A stretch of DNA of 64,000 bases, from assembly GCF_006345805.1 (NCBI RefSeq), contig NC_043005.1:53196001-53260000 (forward strand), read 5' to 3'. Shown here one piece after another: positions 13,397 through 27,150 of this stretch. The notes beneath the pieces were generated by a model. It did no database searches. It saw only the letters and a list, made by a program, of their open reading frames with translations, and was not told the DNA's origin. Each line of letters begins with the position of its first letter. Position 1 is the first letter of the stretch. This stretch comes from Octopus sinensis (taxonomy: Eukaryota). Made by a program: the position numbers and the translations under genes.

Positions 13397-14315
13397 TAAA
13401 TAATAGTATTTCCTTCCTTCTGAAGTAGATATTTCTGCAGTCCTATGGTGGTTATTTTATAGTAGTTTTCCAGCTGTATAAGGCCTCTACCACCTTCTAT
13501 ACGTTGTATATATAGTCTTTCTATGTCAGATTTTGGGTGATGCATCCTAGATCCTGTCATTATTTTTCTTGTTTTTCTATCTATTTTGGTCAGTTCATTT
13601 GGTGTCCAGTTAAGGATATTGTAGCTGTAACTTATAACTGGGACAGCTAAAGTGTTAATACCTATTATCTTGTTTTTAGCATTGAGCTCTGTTTTTAGTA
13701 TTGATCTAACTCGTCTATAATATTCTTTTTTATTTTCTCTTTCATTTGTGTGTGTTGTGTCTTATCTAGTTCATGGATTCCTAAGTATTTGTATGTTTGG
13801 CTTTGGTCTAATTCTTTTATTTCATTGGTTTTATCTAGTGTGATGTTGCTACTCTTAACTAGTTTTCCTTTTTTCATGGTTACTTTGGCGCATTTTTCTA
13901 ATCCAAATTTCATATCTATTTCTTTGGTAAATCCATGAACTGTCTTTAATAGTATTTCCAGCTGTTTGTCATTTGCAGCGTATAGTTTTAGGTCATCCAT
14001 ATATAAAAGGTGGCTGATCGTTTTGCCGTAACATTTATATCCGCAACCAGTACTATTTAGCATATCAGATAGAGGTGACAGTGCCAAGAAGAAAAGGAGT
14101 GGAGAGAGCGTGTCTCCCTGGAATATTCCTCTTCTAATGGGGATGGCTTTGGTTTTTATGAGTCCCTCTTTTGTTTGGAGCTTTTATTCATAGAGTGTCC
14201 TTTGAATTTTATAATTGTTGGTGTTACTTTGTTAATGGCTAGTGTTTCGAGGATTCATGTGTGGGGGGTGCTATCAAACGCCTTTTTGTAGTGGATCCAG
14301 GCCATACTGAGGCCT
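13395..14315 (-). mobile_element. R4/Dong-type LINE reverse transcriptase fragment, relatively young
   Basis: LSMAWIHYKKAFDS, GIFQGDTLSPLLF, HLLYMDDLKLYA, FGLEKCA, YKYLGI, MHHPKSDIERLY..GGRGL; only a few lesions (one TGA, a small deletion, one A-run frameshift). Confidence 0.95.
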
Positions 14316-14365
14316 TTCTTCTTCTTCTTCTTCTTCTTCTTCTTCTTCTTCTTCTTCTTCTTCTT

Positions 14366-14446
<81 letters not shown>

Positions 14447-14450
14447 TGCT
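14316..14450. repeat. (TTC)n(TTA)n compound microsatellite
   Basis: Direct reading. Confidence 0.95.
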
Positions 14451-15427
14451 GTCGAAGAAGAAAGATCGGTATAGTTGCGTCGAGGTGGTGGGGCACGATT
14501 TCTAGTACACTGTTCAGTGAATAAATGAATATTTCATAGGAATCTTGTTTGCAAGTGTATGAGACTTAGATGGGAAAGATTAGGGAGTTTTTAAGTGCAA
14601 TGCAATATATTTAATGATGAGCGATGTTGTATGGAACGGTAAACAGACCACTGACTTGTATGAACAAAGGAAAGTGAGTAGAAGAAAATATAATCCGAAG
14701 ATTATTCACATGTTGGCAGACCATTGTATTTAGATGTATGATAGTCAATTTTACAGTTTGGAGAAGACATCCAGAATCTTCTGTTCTTCTGAGCAAAACA
14801 TATGCACATTCACATATACACATAAGTCTTAAGTACTATATATGCATATATATATATTTATATATGAAATATATATATATATTTACATGTACATACACAT
14901 AAAATTTGTTTTTAGTAGGTAAAACTATTTGTGAGGTCGAAATTAATGCTTCAAAAGACATATAATACATTCAAACGAGTTATTTTTAAGGAATTTAACA
15001 ATAATACACATTATAAAAAAATATAATAAATATATTTAAAAATGAAAAAATACATAAAATAAAACAGCTGAAATCAGGAAGTAACAACATTGTATATCTT
15101 TAAATAAAACTCATCTAAAGAATGCGAAATTGAAAATGAATCTAGAAATTTTGAATTGAAATAGCTGTCATTTTGAACACTAGTTAACATGTTTCAATAA
15201 ACAAATAGAATGTCTTTTAATTTTTAGAAAAATATTTTCTTGTAGATCAATGATCTTTGGGAATAAATTGATTGTACTACTTAACACCAGCTACTGTTTA
15301 TGACTCACTCTATGGCCAGGTTATGATTGGCAAATATGTCAAATAGATGTACAAAAGATATCAGGCTACGAATTATAAATCGATAAATTGATATCACATT
15401 GTGTCAAAGCAATCTATTGAAATATAT

Positions 15428-15484
<57 letters not shown>

Positions 15485-15534
15485 TATAAATATATATATA
15501 TATATATATTATATATATACATACATCTATATAC

Positions 15535-15574
<40 letters not shown>

Positions 15575-17230
15575 CTATATATATATATATATACATATAT
15601 AAAATATTATTAGAGACAAAACCACTATATATATATGTATGTATGTATGCATGGATGTATGTACAAACATCATTTATATATATATATATATACACTATTT
15701 TCCTTAACAATTACTTTATTTAAAAATATATACATATATGTGTATGGATACTATCACATATATATTATATATATAGTACGTATACTATATATAATATTTA
15801 ATGTATATATATATATAAATATATAGTTTTTATTTTATTGTGTTGTTAAAGATTTTGAAGCACATTTTGTGTACGTATTTCTGAATATACGTGTGTATAG
15901 GTATATATGTTAATACACGCATATATCTGAATATACATACTGATATTTGTTTATTTGTATACGGGCGTATATATGTTTACACACTTTCTGGGTGAGTGAT
16001 ATATAAGTTTACGAGTGTATGCTTATGTATATTATACATTTCTGTTTTTTATTCACAGAATATTGTCTACACAAGGTGACACTTTCAGTGTGTCGTTTAT
16101 TTATTTCTTATTTTATTATCTTTTCATCATATCTAAAATAAGAAACCATTATTTCAATTTTTTTATGAAAATGTTAGAATTCATTATTTTTATCAAATGG
16201 TTGAGTCATTTGACACGTTTACATTTTCAATATTTTTCTCATAATTTTGTAACGCATATAAAAAAAAAAAAATAAAATAACGATAAGTCAGTGTTTATTC
16301 TAGAATACTTGAATGTAGTTAAATTAGGATTTGTAGTTTATTAGTATACGGCAATGTTTTGAACAAGGTTCAGATGCTCCCCCAACCGTCGTATGTATTG
16401 CATTGGCGGAGTGACAGTTATTTTTTCTTCCTTTTGGCTATCCCGTGTTTACCGCATTTTGCAGAGGTCTCTTATTTTAGCTGAGGCGATTAAGATATTC
16501 ATTTTAATGAAAAGTTGCTGCCTATAATATTGAAACTCATCACAATTAACCGAGTCCCAAATGACTCTTTTTCCGAAAACGAAAAGGCTTGTGATCAGAA
16601 AAGGAATTTCAACTCATAATGCAGAAAGCCAGAGCAGATATTGCAAGATTCGTTTCTCATTCAAAATCTCCAATCCACAATTTCAGACTGAGGCTTTATT
16701 TATCCAACACGAAAGGATGAGAAGTCACGTTCACCCAGAATGCCAAAACGTTTCTGGTATGTATTCTAACGCGTTAACGACTTTGCTAATTAACCACATG
16801 TTGTTGAAATTACAAACAGGAAATGATTAAATGGTTACGAGGGCAAAAGAAATAAAAGAGGATTTTAATTGATTCATTGGATTAACTCATTTGTTTTTGA
16901 TACTTGATGTGTTGGTTTAAACGTAGAACATAAGGAAATCTAACTAAAAGCCCACCACGTATGCCGGATTAGAGCATCTCACGCCTCTTCCCGTTTGTCA
17001 CTGTTCATTGTGAGATGTAGTACATATAAATATGCCCGTACCCACCTCTTGTGCAGGATGATATAAAACAAAGAAAAAAAGAAACAGACAACGTTTTTGT
17101 GATATTCCTTCTCAAGCTCGTTGTAATATTCTAGCACCCTTTTTACAAAATTTCTGGCATTAGTGTGTATCCTATAATCTAATTCTATTTGACTTTCGGT
17201 TAATTGTACTATATTCTATAGCATATAGAA

Positions 17231-17460
17231 AGGCGGCGAGCTGGCAGAAACGTTAGCGCGCCGGGCGAAATGCTTTGCGGTTTTTCGTCTGTCGTTACGT
17301 TCTGGGTTCAAATTCCGCCGAGGTCGACTTTACCTTTCATCCTTTCGGGGTCGAAAAATAAAGTACCAGTTTCGCACTGGGGTCGATGTAATCGACTTAC
17401 TCCCTTTGTCTGTCCTTGTTTGTCCCCTCTATGTTTAGCCCCTTGTGGGTAGTAAAGAAA
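17231..17460 (+). mobile_element. SINE family A, tail type 1 (well preserved)
   Basis: A-box-like GGCGAGCTGGCAGAA, B-box GGGTTCAAATTCC, core GCC/ACCTTTCATCCTTTCGGGGTCG resembling the Sauria/Meta-type SINE central domain, tail TGTCCTTGTTTGTCCCCTC..CCCCTTGTGGG. Confidence 0.92.
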
Positions 17461-17539
17461 TATATATTCTATAGCATTTACACTACATACGTGTAAGTTT
17501 GTTTACTAATTATTGTTTCTTCATTTGAACGACTGAATT

Positions 17540-18700
17540 TAATCTCATCCTCGCTCTCTTGCTGCGACCTAGAAGTCTTTCAGTCGGGTTCGCTTATTGC
17601 TCTTAATCGTATCCTCTTCCTCATTTTCTCCAATATTCTTCATCTCGTTTCATTGTTGTAAAATGATAGACGGTACTATTGTTTGCTTGGGAACATATTC
17701 TTCCGCCTATCTCAGAGATAAAATTAATATTTCATATTGGCTTCAGTACTGGAGAACCCGATAAAAAATTGATGCGTACTTGGCCGAAAAGAAAGCAGTT
17801 TGCCCTCCCTCTGTTGATTCAGTCTAATCCACCACAAACATTTCCCGCCTTAGGCACGAAACATAATAATATGGTCTACGGTGGCAGGGAGATCTTCACG
17901 ATGGAGACGGCTGAAGGCAGATCTGTCTTACATGCGATGACAGCTATTTGACAGAACGCCTGAAGTCAGTAACGCTCGAGTACTGAGTGCTCTTACCCAC
18001 TTCTAATATTCTATAGAACCTCATGGTGGAAAATCTACCAACGGCATTGCTCGATTAGTTTGGCAATTGTCTATGAGAGTCTGACGGCATTAGTACCGAC
18101 ATCCTGCGAAAGTCTACGCTTCGTTCACGAATTCAATTTTATAAGAGAGATGAGCTGCAGGGATGCACGTCTGACAAAAGACGACCACATTTATTCACAG
18201 TGAAAGCAAAGATACTGTGGAGACATTTAGCGCATAACTCTGCGCAGTGTATGTTGACATCAAATTGACCATCTGACTACTGGAACACGAACCTCTTCCT
18301 AGAAAGTGGGTTAGGGTTAGCGTTTTATTTTGGTCGGCCATGCAGCAGAGCAGGGCACGACGATCAGTCGTTAGAAGATGACATGTAGATTCACAACCTT
18401 CATCCATCTTTCACGGACAGTTTCCTCCTGACCCATTTCTGGGTGAACGTAGCCACCCTGCGCGTTACATCTTCCAGTTCTTGACCACCTACAGGACTGG
18501 ACCAAATAAAACACGAACAATGTAACCAGTCAGTCTGTCCATCCAGCGTCACATTTAGCCTAAATTTTCCATTTGTTTTACTTTTCGTCCAGTAACTTCC
18601 ACCTCTTCACCATTCTATGGCCCCTTGAAATATAATTGGGATGGCCTGGATCTACTTCTACAAGCGCCGAGCTATAGGCGTAATGCCTTCTTGTGGTTAA
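17540..18700 (-). mobile_element. Tx1/L1-clade LINE 3' portion, degenerate
   Basis: QKWVRRKLSVK (W.RRKLSLKGR-like), ATVDHII (zinc-finger region) and KRIRL..F..W terminus, collinear with the 51 kb copy. Confidence 0.7.
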
Positions 18701-18929
18701 TTTTTGCTACTGTCACCACCTCATGGCGGGAAAATATTTTGAAATATTCGTCGGAGAAAGATCAACAACACACTATTACACTGCCTTGTGGTTAATGGAT
18801 ATAAGAGAGAAAAATAAACGAAGACATAGAAAGAGAAAAGATGAAGGATATAGAGGGGAAGGAGGAGGTGAAGTAACAAAGGAAGCGAAAATAAGAAAAA
18901 GGAAACGAAGAGGAAGTTGAAGAAGAGGC

Positions 18930-18931
18930 GC

Positions 18932-19025
<94 letters not shown>

Positions 19026-19058
19026 TTAGTAGAAGAAGAAGAAGAAGAAAAGAAGAAG

Positions 19059-19089
<31 letters not shown>

Positions 19090-19090
19090 G
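18930..19090. repeat. (AGT)n then (AGA)n microsatellite
   Basis: Direct reading. Confidence 0.95.
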
Positions 19091-19496
19091 AAAAAGAATT
19101 GTAATGAGAAGTAATTAGTAAATTATGTCTCGAAAGACCACAGACTGGAGAGGTGGGAGTTGGAGAAAAAGTAACACAAATGGAAATTTTAGGCTAAAAC
19201 AGTGAGGCATGTCGTGTTCAGATAAAGTTAGGCTTCCGAGAAAACCAAAATTAATGTAAAACTTACTAGACTAAAGGAAAGGGGATGGGATAAATGTTTA
19301 ATTAATGGTAGTTAAAAATGAAAATAAAGTAAAATTACTTGTGCGGTTATGAAGAGAATAACTAATTCGATAAACAGTAGAAAACTCATAACAGAATATG
19401 ATTGTGCGAAACAGAATAACAGCAAATGTAACTTTATAAAAAGGAAATGAAAATGAATCATCGTATTTTTCTGTATACAAATCAACGTAGGATATA

Positions 19497-19907
19497 CTCT
19501 TTACTCTTTTACTTGTTTCAGTCATTTGACTGCGGCCATGCTGGAGCACCGCCTTTAGTCGAGCAACTCGACTCCGGGACTTATTCTTTTTTTTTTGTAA
19601 GCCCAGTACTTATTCTATCGGTCTCTTTTTGCCGAACCGCTAAGTGACGGGGACGTAAACACACCAGCATCGGTTGTCAAGCAATGCTAGGGGAACAAAC
19701 ACAGACACACAAACACACACACATACCTATATATACATATATACGACAGGCTTCTTTCAGTTTCCGTCTACCAAATCAACTCACAAGGCATTGGTCGGCC
19801 TGGGGCTATAGCAGAAGACACTTGCCCAAGATGCCACGCAGTGGGACTGAACCCGGAACCATGTGGTTGGTTAGCAAGCTACTTACCACACAGCCACTCC
19901 TGCGCCT
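19497..19907 (-). mobile_element. tRNA-headed SINE, family B, with internal (CA)/(TA) tract
   Basis: Minus head AGGCGCAGGAGTGGCTGTGTGGTAAG..GGGTTCAGTCCC, then CTTGGGCAAGTGTCTT; copies at 41045 and 58271. Confidence 0.9.
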
Positions 19908-21369
19908 ATATAGGATATAGTGCAAACGTGTAGAGAGAACTTTCAAATGTCATCACTTTCTTCTCAAATCCGACTGCGTTCCACATGAAATCTTTGATCT
20001 TCTAAAGTTGTTTTGTTGTATAAGCCAACCTTTAGTTTTGGCTGTAAATTTGGGTCAGGAAAAAATCGACTTGTGTGCCGGAATGATTGAAGTGCTCAAG
20101 GAACAAAGGCGTGAGAAAGGGAGCTCACTTCAGGATTAAGATGTAAAAGCGTCGACCAATAAAGGTAGGGAATTGAGTCACAGTATGTAAATATTTAATT
20201 GAAAGCCGTGTAATAACTAAGTCTAGCATCCTATAGAGACTATACAACGTGAATTACTTGGTATCTCTGGAGCAATATTCTGGTTTGTAGAGTTAATGTT
20301 TTGAGGCTCTGTCTTTACGTGAGGACATTCCTTTCCTTATTTAGTGCATTGATCTTAGGAAGCAACAGTAGTTAACCCAATAGCGAGACAAAATGCCTTA
20401 TTCCTTTGAAAAGCCTCAATACGTGTGAAACATATGGCCATGTGTGAAGAATCCTTTTATATTATGTTAATGCTGCATATATTATTCACGATATTTAACC
20501 ACTTGAATATTTTAATGTAGAATGTACTCTAGTCTATAATTGTTTTACACACACACACATACACACACACGCACGCACACACTCACACACATGTATATAT
20601 ATATATATACATAATACTACTTTAACAATATTTGTTACTTTAGTATTCTGTATCGGAAGTATGTATTGATCTACTTTATTTTCCTTTCCTATAAGACTGA
20701 TATGCCTAGTAGCAGTAATATGATGAATGTTATTTTAGCTTCTCTGCTCTGGTCATATAAAAATTTGGCCTCACGCCTAGTCTAAATAAATCGATATTGA
20801 TTTTTACAAATATTCTCTCCAAAATTCCTCATTAGATTTATGAAAGGAACTAGAAGTTATAGAAGTTGAAATTGATTCCTTCTATTATAAGTTTTCATTC
20901 TGCACAAATTACACCTTAAGAATAGAAATACAATTTGTTTGGAGTATGTTTAGATCAGTCTTTGCACAAAGTTCCTAATTAAATTCAAAATATTTCTTGC
21001 TTCACTGAATATTATATGGACTGAATCTATACAAATTCTTGACCTTTCAAAACATGTCTGGCCTAAGATTTACCACTGCCTTTGTAAACATTGGTTTTGG
21101 CGATTAGAATCGCAAATGCCGACTTTGTATTCACTTCATTAAATTTATTCTTCCACATGGCTTCTCAGGATAGTGCAGAATGCTTTCTATTATTTAATCA
21201 TTGCAGGAGAAAGAAGAATAATAATAAGGTTGTTTTTACATTATTTATTTTTCAATACAGCTATAGTTTATGCATGTCTTTACGCTTTGTTCTTGTCAGG
21301 GTAATTCTTGTTTTTTTTTCTTTTAATGAAATCATAAATGATTAATCTTCTCCGCCTGAGTAATCATGT

Positions 21370-21396
21370 AGATCAGAGGTCGGAGGTCAGAGGTCA
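21370..21396 (+). promoter_or_regulatory. Candidate nuclear-receptor DR1 array (AGGTCA half-sites)
   Basis: AGATCA-G-AGGTCG-G-AGGTCA-G-AGGTCA; a further DR1 on the minus strand at 21543-21555. Confidence 0.35.
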
Positions 21397-21577
21397 AAGT
21401 ACCAAGGATAAACATTAACGTCCTCTTTGACCAACTGTGATTTCGCTATTTAGTTCATTCTTTCATTTCATAGATTTGAAAATATTCGAGATATAGTAGT
21501 TGTTTCTGTTGTTGCTTAACCTTGGGTCGTCTCTAATTTTGCAGACCTCTGACCAAAGGCTTTCCAGCTACGACCAT

Positions 21578-21658
<81 letters not shown>

Positions 21659-23166
21659 AATGGTAGGGGTAAAAGATTTGGAAGTTGTCATTAGGTGCAA
21701 TTTGATAGATGGTGCAAATTCTATCCTGGTATATCAAACGTGATAATTAAAATGGAAGCGCCAAGTGCTTTTGTGTTCTGAACCCTAAAACTCTGTTATT
21801 CTTCTGATTTGAATGAATTTTTGGCAGTTTCTTTTAGTGGGTTGTGAGATCATGTTAAACAGCCTATTTGGCTTGATATCTCTAATATGTTATTTATGTT
21901 TCGTCCAAGCTGAAACATGCATATGATCAAAACAATTACAAGCATGAGCATCCCAGATTTTCTAAATGTTATGTATAACATTTTGGCTATATTTTCTACA
22001 GAGTCCTTTGGGCTATATTAGGGCTATATTTTATATATTTGGACTATATAGGGCTATATATGTGGGTTATATTAGAGAGCTATATTTTCTACAGAATCCT
22101 TTCCATTACGAAGGCAATAGGGAATGATTTAAGAGAGATTTGACTGCAATTTTTAGCAAGTCAAGAGACCAAATGCAATTTGAGATCCTGATTGCGGTGA
22201 CAGAAGTTAAGATGTATTTAATGGTGGTGATAGAGGAGATAGTGGGAGCGTTGGTGGTATGGTGGGAGTAACGGAGATAGTGGTGGAAGCATAAGTGTTG
22301 GTGGTTGCGGTGGTAGCATTGGTAGCGGTGAAGGTAATTGTGATAATAGTGGTCGTTACTGTAGTTGGGGTTGTGGTGGTGATTGTGATAGATGTTGCAG
22401 CTGTGGTTGTGGTTGTGATATTGGACAGAGTTGTTGTGGTCGTGGCCGTGGGGATTGTGTTAGTGGCAGTTCTTGTTGAAGTGGTGATTTTAATATTGGC
22501 ACTGTCTTTGGTGTTAGTGTTGTTGGTTATTGTGTTAGTTCAAGTGATAAGGTGTATTGTCTGAACATTCGTTCAAATCTTTCAACGGACTCTAACGAAC
22601 GTCATTTCTAGCTATCAAGTGTACGCGTGAAGAAAGTGGTTTCAACCTTATGTAGATTCTAGACAAACATCTACTATCATAAAAGGGACATCTTGGTTAG
22701 TGTTCTATAAGTTGTTTGAAATGATGAAGGGATGGATATAACTGGAATTCCTTTAAGTTTACTTGATCAAGGATGACTTAAGGCTAGACAACAATAATAT
22801 AAACCATAAATAATTTTTTACACAGTTGCACGACCTGCAAAAGGTAACAACCAATTCTTTCTCAATTCATACTATATTGTCTACAAAAATAGAAGGCCAT
22901 AATGAACAATTAGTTCTTCATATATATGAATACATCTTAACTGGAAAGGATTTATAATAGACCTGCTGATTGAGAATTGACCTGCGGAAAAACAAGGATT
23001 ATAAGTATAAAATAGAAAACGACTTAATTAGAATTAGTCATAAATCACATTCACTTCAGTCACGAATATAAAAACAAAAAAATAGATAAGTGTGGCCTGG
23101 TATTAAACATCAGTAACAGCAACATCAACAACAAAAGTAACAGCAACAACAACAGCAGCAACAAAT

Positions 23167-23355
23167 GGAGGCGCAATGGCCCGGTGGTTTGGGCAGCGGA
23201 CTCACGGTCGTAAGAGCGCGGTTTCGATTCCCAGACCGGGCATTGTGAGTGTTTATTGAGCAAAAACACCTAAGCTCCACGAGGCGCCGGCAGGGTTGGG
23301 GTGGTGAACCCCGTTGTACTCTTTCACCACAACTTTCTCTCACTCTTTCTTCCTA
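23167..23355 (+). mobile_element. tRNA-headed SINE, family D
   Basis: GGCGCAATGGCCCGGTGGTTTGGG (A box) and GGTTTCGATTCCC (B box), then TTGAGCAAAAACACC core. Confidence 0.85.
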
Positions 23356-25082
23356 CTTTTGTCACAAAGCAGAGGATCCATGGTGTAACCCACTATGGTG
23401 TGGTAAACTGTCAGACCCTAGCCTAGATTGCGAATCCTCTATACCCCAGGATGGTTCAGCTCTCGACCCGTTAAAAGCCACCGTTTACGGAATGAGGATA
23501 ACAATGTAGCTTTCGCACCCGTGCAACCGTCAATCTATCGCGTGTAGTGGGTAGATCTTCAAGTTGTCACACGCATTCTTACTAGCTTAGAGTAGGCTCG
23601 AATTAGAGATTATTCTTTGTGGCTAATGACGTGAGTCCTGATCGGGAGAAGAAGAAGAAGAAGAAGAAGAAGAAGAAGAAGAAGACAGCAGCAATAACAA
23701 CAGCAACAGCAGCAGCAACAACAATACAGTATTGTGAATCGTTTCTCTTATTGAATAAACCTATATTTAGCTAATCAAAGGTGTACTAGGTAGGTGTCTC
23801 AATGTCAAAGTAAGGTGGCCACCTGTTTAATGCATTGAAGGTTAATTAGGCACGTGGCTGCTCCTCAAAGAACTCTATTTTTAATTAATTAAATTCTAAT
23901 GACTTCATATATACATAGTTTACTACTGTATCATTTTTCAGTGTCCTATTTTCGAAAATATCCTAAATCTTTCTCTTTCAGATGCAGCAAATCCTTGTAC
24001 ACTAAATCATGTTCTTAAATGCCAAAATATAAAGTAAAAACTGCAAGTAGGAGGGAGGCATCAACCGTTTCATCTAACTAACATTGCATAATTCGATAAG
24101 AATAACAAATATAATATTTCAGTTGTAAGCAAGATAATAATGCTGCAGCATGGTCTTAATTTTCACCGTTTCAAGAAATGCAAGACAGAAATCATCAAAC
24201 AAAATAACAATATGGCACTGATCTTACCTGCTTTAATTTTAATAGTTTAAAGAACTTATTGACTAAAATCATGGCTTATATATCCTCTCTACAGCTTATG
24301 CTCATGTTTTTATGAGATTGTTTCCAATATTTTTGTTATACTTAACATCTTTACGACACAGACAAGTTTGTAGATGATTGGGTCAATATGATGCCAGCGT
24401 GCTAGTTTTGGCGAGAAACAAAAGTATTTTTTAAATCTTTTACGATCAATGCATTGATTAAGAGCTGAAATATTTTACCCCTTAACAACCCAATATAGAG
24501 CTTTCAGTACTGAGATTAAATGTACCCCTGGGCATGAAAACGAAAGGTGTGAAAATATACCCATGTATTATCTTTAATATAATTTTAAGCTGATAAAGCC
24601 CACAAGAGTTAAATCTGTTTGTATTATCAACATTCTTCAATAGAATATTAAACAGTAAAGGAACACATCAACAATAACTACAATGATAACTTCAACAGCA
24701 TTAAGAAGAAAGTCATCATCAGCAGCAGTAGCAGCAGCAATAATGACAGTAACACCAATATTGAATTTTGTTTCTCTCTGTAGGTGTATATCTGATACAT
24801 AGATATGCATATCTGATGGTAAAATTTATCAGATTATTTGGTGTTATAGCTGTGAATATATGTAACATGATGACCATTATATATCGATGTTATCACAGTT
24901 AACTGACAGTATAACTTCGTTGTCGTTCGGCACAACTTTTGCAAACATGGTTGTCTAGTTAAGAGATGAGATTTTGATTCAAAGATTTAAACAGGCAACT
25001 GACATTATGTATAATAACCTAGGGTTGCCCAATAACACGTGAATGGCAATTGGTAGATGGAAGCTCTGTGTGTGTGTGTATT

Positions 25083-25125
<43 letters not shown>

Positions 25126-25224
25126 TTTATTGGCCACGCAGGGCTGAACACAGAAGGGACAAAATACAAAGTAGGGCTTTTCTTTTGGGGAAAAAGAAAA
25201 GGAAAAAGGTCGAATTCTGATCAA

Positions 25225-25256
<32 letters not shown>

Positions 25257-25277
25257 TAGATAGATAGATAGATAGAT

Positions 25278-25545
25278 AAACTGGTACTCCGTCGGATACG
25301 ACGATTAGAGCTTCTGTTAACCGGATCAACGGAACAGCCTGCTCATGAAATTAACGCGTAAGTGGTTATGCACTCCCCAGACACGCTTACCCTCAGTGTA
25401 GCTCTAAGGGAGATTCAGCATGACACAGAGTGTGACAAGGCTGGCCCTTTGATTTACAAGTACTATTCATTTTTGCCAGATGAGTGGACTGGAGCAAGGT
25501 GCAACAAAATGTCTTGCTCAAGGTCACAACGCGCTCCCAGGGAGG
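25278..25545 (-). mobile_element. SINE family C body (head truncated)
   Basis: Shares the GAGTGGACTGGAGCAA..TGTCTTGCTCAAG core with family E but has a different tail. Confidence 0.75.
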
Positions 25546-26015
25546 TATACGTATTTGATCTTAAATTTTTATAAAGCCCTAGCTTAATTCTAAATGCATA
25601 TAGATTGAATATAAAAAAAAATACAGGGAAAAGTTTTTATATTTTTAAATTAATAGATACCATTTTTGTGTCTGTTTATGTTCATCTTGTCCAGACATTA
25701 CAACCGTGAACGAGATTCGAAGTTTAAGAAATACGTTGTGCATTTGATGATCAGTTATACCTAGAATTAGTTATCCTCGTCAGGAAACTGTATATAAAAC
25801 GCAGTCGAAAAAACAATAGTCTTTACATGTCTCATAAAATAAAGTTAGCGTAATTATTAAATTTCTAAAAAAATATATATATTTATAAGAATTTTAGTAG
25901 ACACGACTATAAAATACATGCCTACAGCTTCTGAATGGTATTTGCAAATTAATTTTACTAAATATAGAACTAAATTTGCAAAGATTAAATTAAATATTTT
26001 TAGAAGTGCATATAC

Positions 26016-26048
<33 letters not shown>

Positions 26049-26104
26049 TGTATGTATGTATGTATGTATGTATGTATTATTATTATTATTATATGTATGC
26101 ATGC

Positions 26105-26138
<34 letters not shown>

Positions 26139-26275
26139 ATATATATATATAAATATATATATATATGTATATACACACATATATTTACTCATATACGTTA
26201 TATGTATATATGCGTGTGCATACATACTTACATACCAACATGCATATATGCATACATACATATACATACAAGCAT

Positions 26276-26357
<82 letters not shown>

Positions 26358-26839
26358 ATATATATAAAATTTTATGCTTATAGGCGGAAGAAAGGCCATA
26401 TAATCCAGTGTGTAGAATTTATATTTACTTAGAAGCAGTTAGCGATTCACTCCATACACGTGACTGGTCTGATAATTTATAATGAATGACGCTGCCTGCT
26501 GACCTCTATGAATGCCGCTTCGCAATGGTCATTGAAAATAACTAGGTGAAATTTATTGTAGGACAAAGGTCACTGGATATTTGTGTTGTAAAGCAACCGT
26601 CTTACGCAAGTCTGTGCCCATCAAGATCAACTACATCGTAAAGCGAGTTAATTCGTGTGCAATCAATATGTGTCGGTTATGGTGAAGCATACAGACGTTT
26701 GACAGTCCGGAAGAAACTTTACTGATCATGAAAGTCGTTCGAACATTTGTCCTTCAGTTTAGAGCTATCACAAACTGTTTTAATATTCGAACATTTTCAG
26801 ACACAAAATTTGAAGTTTCATGATTTTTTAAAAGTGTTG

Positions 26840-27150
26840 AGAAGGTTTACATACAATGATCCATGCTACCAAAGGAGTTTGGATCCTTTGACTGATTTAA
26901 AGGAGTAAAAGCACCTGTAGCAACGGACCTTTAAAAATGTTTGTACATATTCCTGTGTAATACATTTCACTACCGCCTTGGAGTATTATGGATGATCTAC
27001 GTACAACTATTTTGGCGCAACAGTATTCTCTGAAAGAACAATTAAAAGTTAGCTTTTGGGGTACACGATGTACATATGTATTTGCTAGAAGTGCATGATG
27101 TGTGAAGTCAAGCACAGCTGACATAATTTGCCGTATTTGTGTATCTGTAT
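26840..27150 (+). mobile_element. Possible piggyBac transposase C-terminal remnant
   Basis: Fragments resembling YN..TKGGVD.FD and TCS, and a Cys-rich C..C..ST..IC.IC end; many frameshifts. Confidence 0.3.

Noticed and set aside
22295-22564. Val-rich membrane protein ORF
   Set aside because: It is a degenerate (GGT/GTT) simple repeat.
17231-23355. tRNA genes
   Set aside because: The tRNA-like A/B boxes are SINE heads running into SINE cores, and I could not build a cloverleaf with an acceptor stem.
24228-24272. Minus-strand first exon MILVNKFFKLLKLKQ|gtaag
   Set aside because: Good donor but no recognisable downstream exon or homology; such matches are expected by chance in 64 kb.
26897-27124. 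75-aa minus ORF as a host exon
   Set aside because: No recognisable domain; the opposite strand is better explained as a decayed piggyBac-like remnant.
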